From an uncultured Bacteroidales bacterium (GTDB lineage Bacteria; Bacteroidota; Bacteroidia; Bacteroidales; VadinHA17): a DNA stretch of 64,000 nt. The notes beneath the pieces are model-generated. The model made no database searches and was not told the DNA's origin. It saw nothing but the letters and a program-made list of their open reading frames with translations. The stretch spans positions 19,161-83,160 of the forward strand of contig CAVSZL010000013.1 of the NCBI GenBank assembly GCA_963732435.1, in the 5' to 3' direction. The translations under genes were made by a program, and so were the position numbers. Shown one piece after another: positions 63,500 through 64,000 of this stretch (its first letter is position 1; each line of letters begins with the position of its first letter).

Positions 63500-64000
63500 T
63501 TATATATTACTGTTCCGGTTCTTTTTTTCAGGCATATAAAAATCTTCTTCTCTAAGATTACATTGCCTTATAATCTGCCTGGCATATTCTGCACCTGAAA
63601 AATTCTCATCAGCATTGTTTGTACCAACTGTGAATTTAACACCTGCTAACTTTGCTTTTTTAACAAAATCAGCAGAAGGTATCTTAAACCTGTTACTTAT
63701 TTCGATTGCAATATTATTCTTCCTGGCAGCATCTATTACTTTGTCCATCCTTGAAGCTGTCCAGAAATAGTCATATCTTCCGACCATCTGATCGGGCAAA
63801 AAGGTGGCATTGACATAAATATCAATAGGTTCATTATTAAGGATTTCCACTAATGTATTTACAAGATATTCCATAAACTGCTCTTCGTCATCAATCCATG
63901 TTTCTTCCTTTATCCAGATCCTGTTTCTTCTGCCTTTTTCATCAGTAAATGTCATGCAATCAGTAAAAACATAATCGAATTTATCTATTGACTCCCTGGA
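63500..64000 (-). CDS. PHP-domain-like protein, C-terminal part (5' end beyond window)
   Basis: Frame open to the window edge (..FDYVFTDCMTFTD..); IAIEIS, AGVKFTVGTN resemble the PHP fold C-terminus. Confidence 0.6.
   Translation of the reverse strand, partial: SRESIDKFDYVFTDCMTFTDEKGRRNRIWIKEETWIDDEEQFMEYLVNTLVEILNNEPIDIYVNATFLPDQMVGRYDYFWTASRMDKVIDAARKNNIAIEISNRFKIPSADFVKKAKLAGVKFTVGTNNADENFSGAEYARQIIRQCNLREEDFYMPEKKNRNSNI

Overview
AT-rich chromosomal window from a Bacteroidota (Bacteroidales-like) bacterium, judged from repeated TAnnTTTG -7 promoter boxes, A-rich translation starts lacking Shine-Dalgarno sequences, and Bacteroidota-type gene families. Most of it is ordinary: the end of a surface-glycan locus (1-11.2 kb), an RND efflux operon whose permease is split by a frameshift, pyrBI, peptidases, queE, pyrG, yidC, a cobalamin riboswitch with a btuBGFCD-like operon, and tRNA-Arg(TCT). 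The standout is 30.4-40.8 kb. Five 196-bp tandem repeats each encode, on the minus strand and below the ORF-track cutoff, the same 42-aa double-glycine-leader peptide (MKTLNLTIDLLNEFTLSNDEMIAVRGG|DGDPIVMPTQPPIII). Around them lie a C39-peptidase ABC exporter with HlyD, a membrane-anchored TPR-CHAT caspase-like protease, an ECF sigma factor, a TPR anti-sigma-like protein and a sensorless degenerate histidine kinase. No peptide-modifying enzyme is present. I infer a candidate peptide-pheromone / CHAT-protease / ECF-sigma signalling circuit, which is untested. Also found: an unannotated 59-aa membrane protein, a candidate ~190-nt structured RNA, and a decayed heptamer-flanked cassette. All family calls come from motif recognition by eye; no searches were run.
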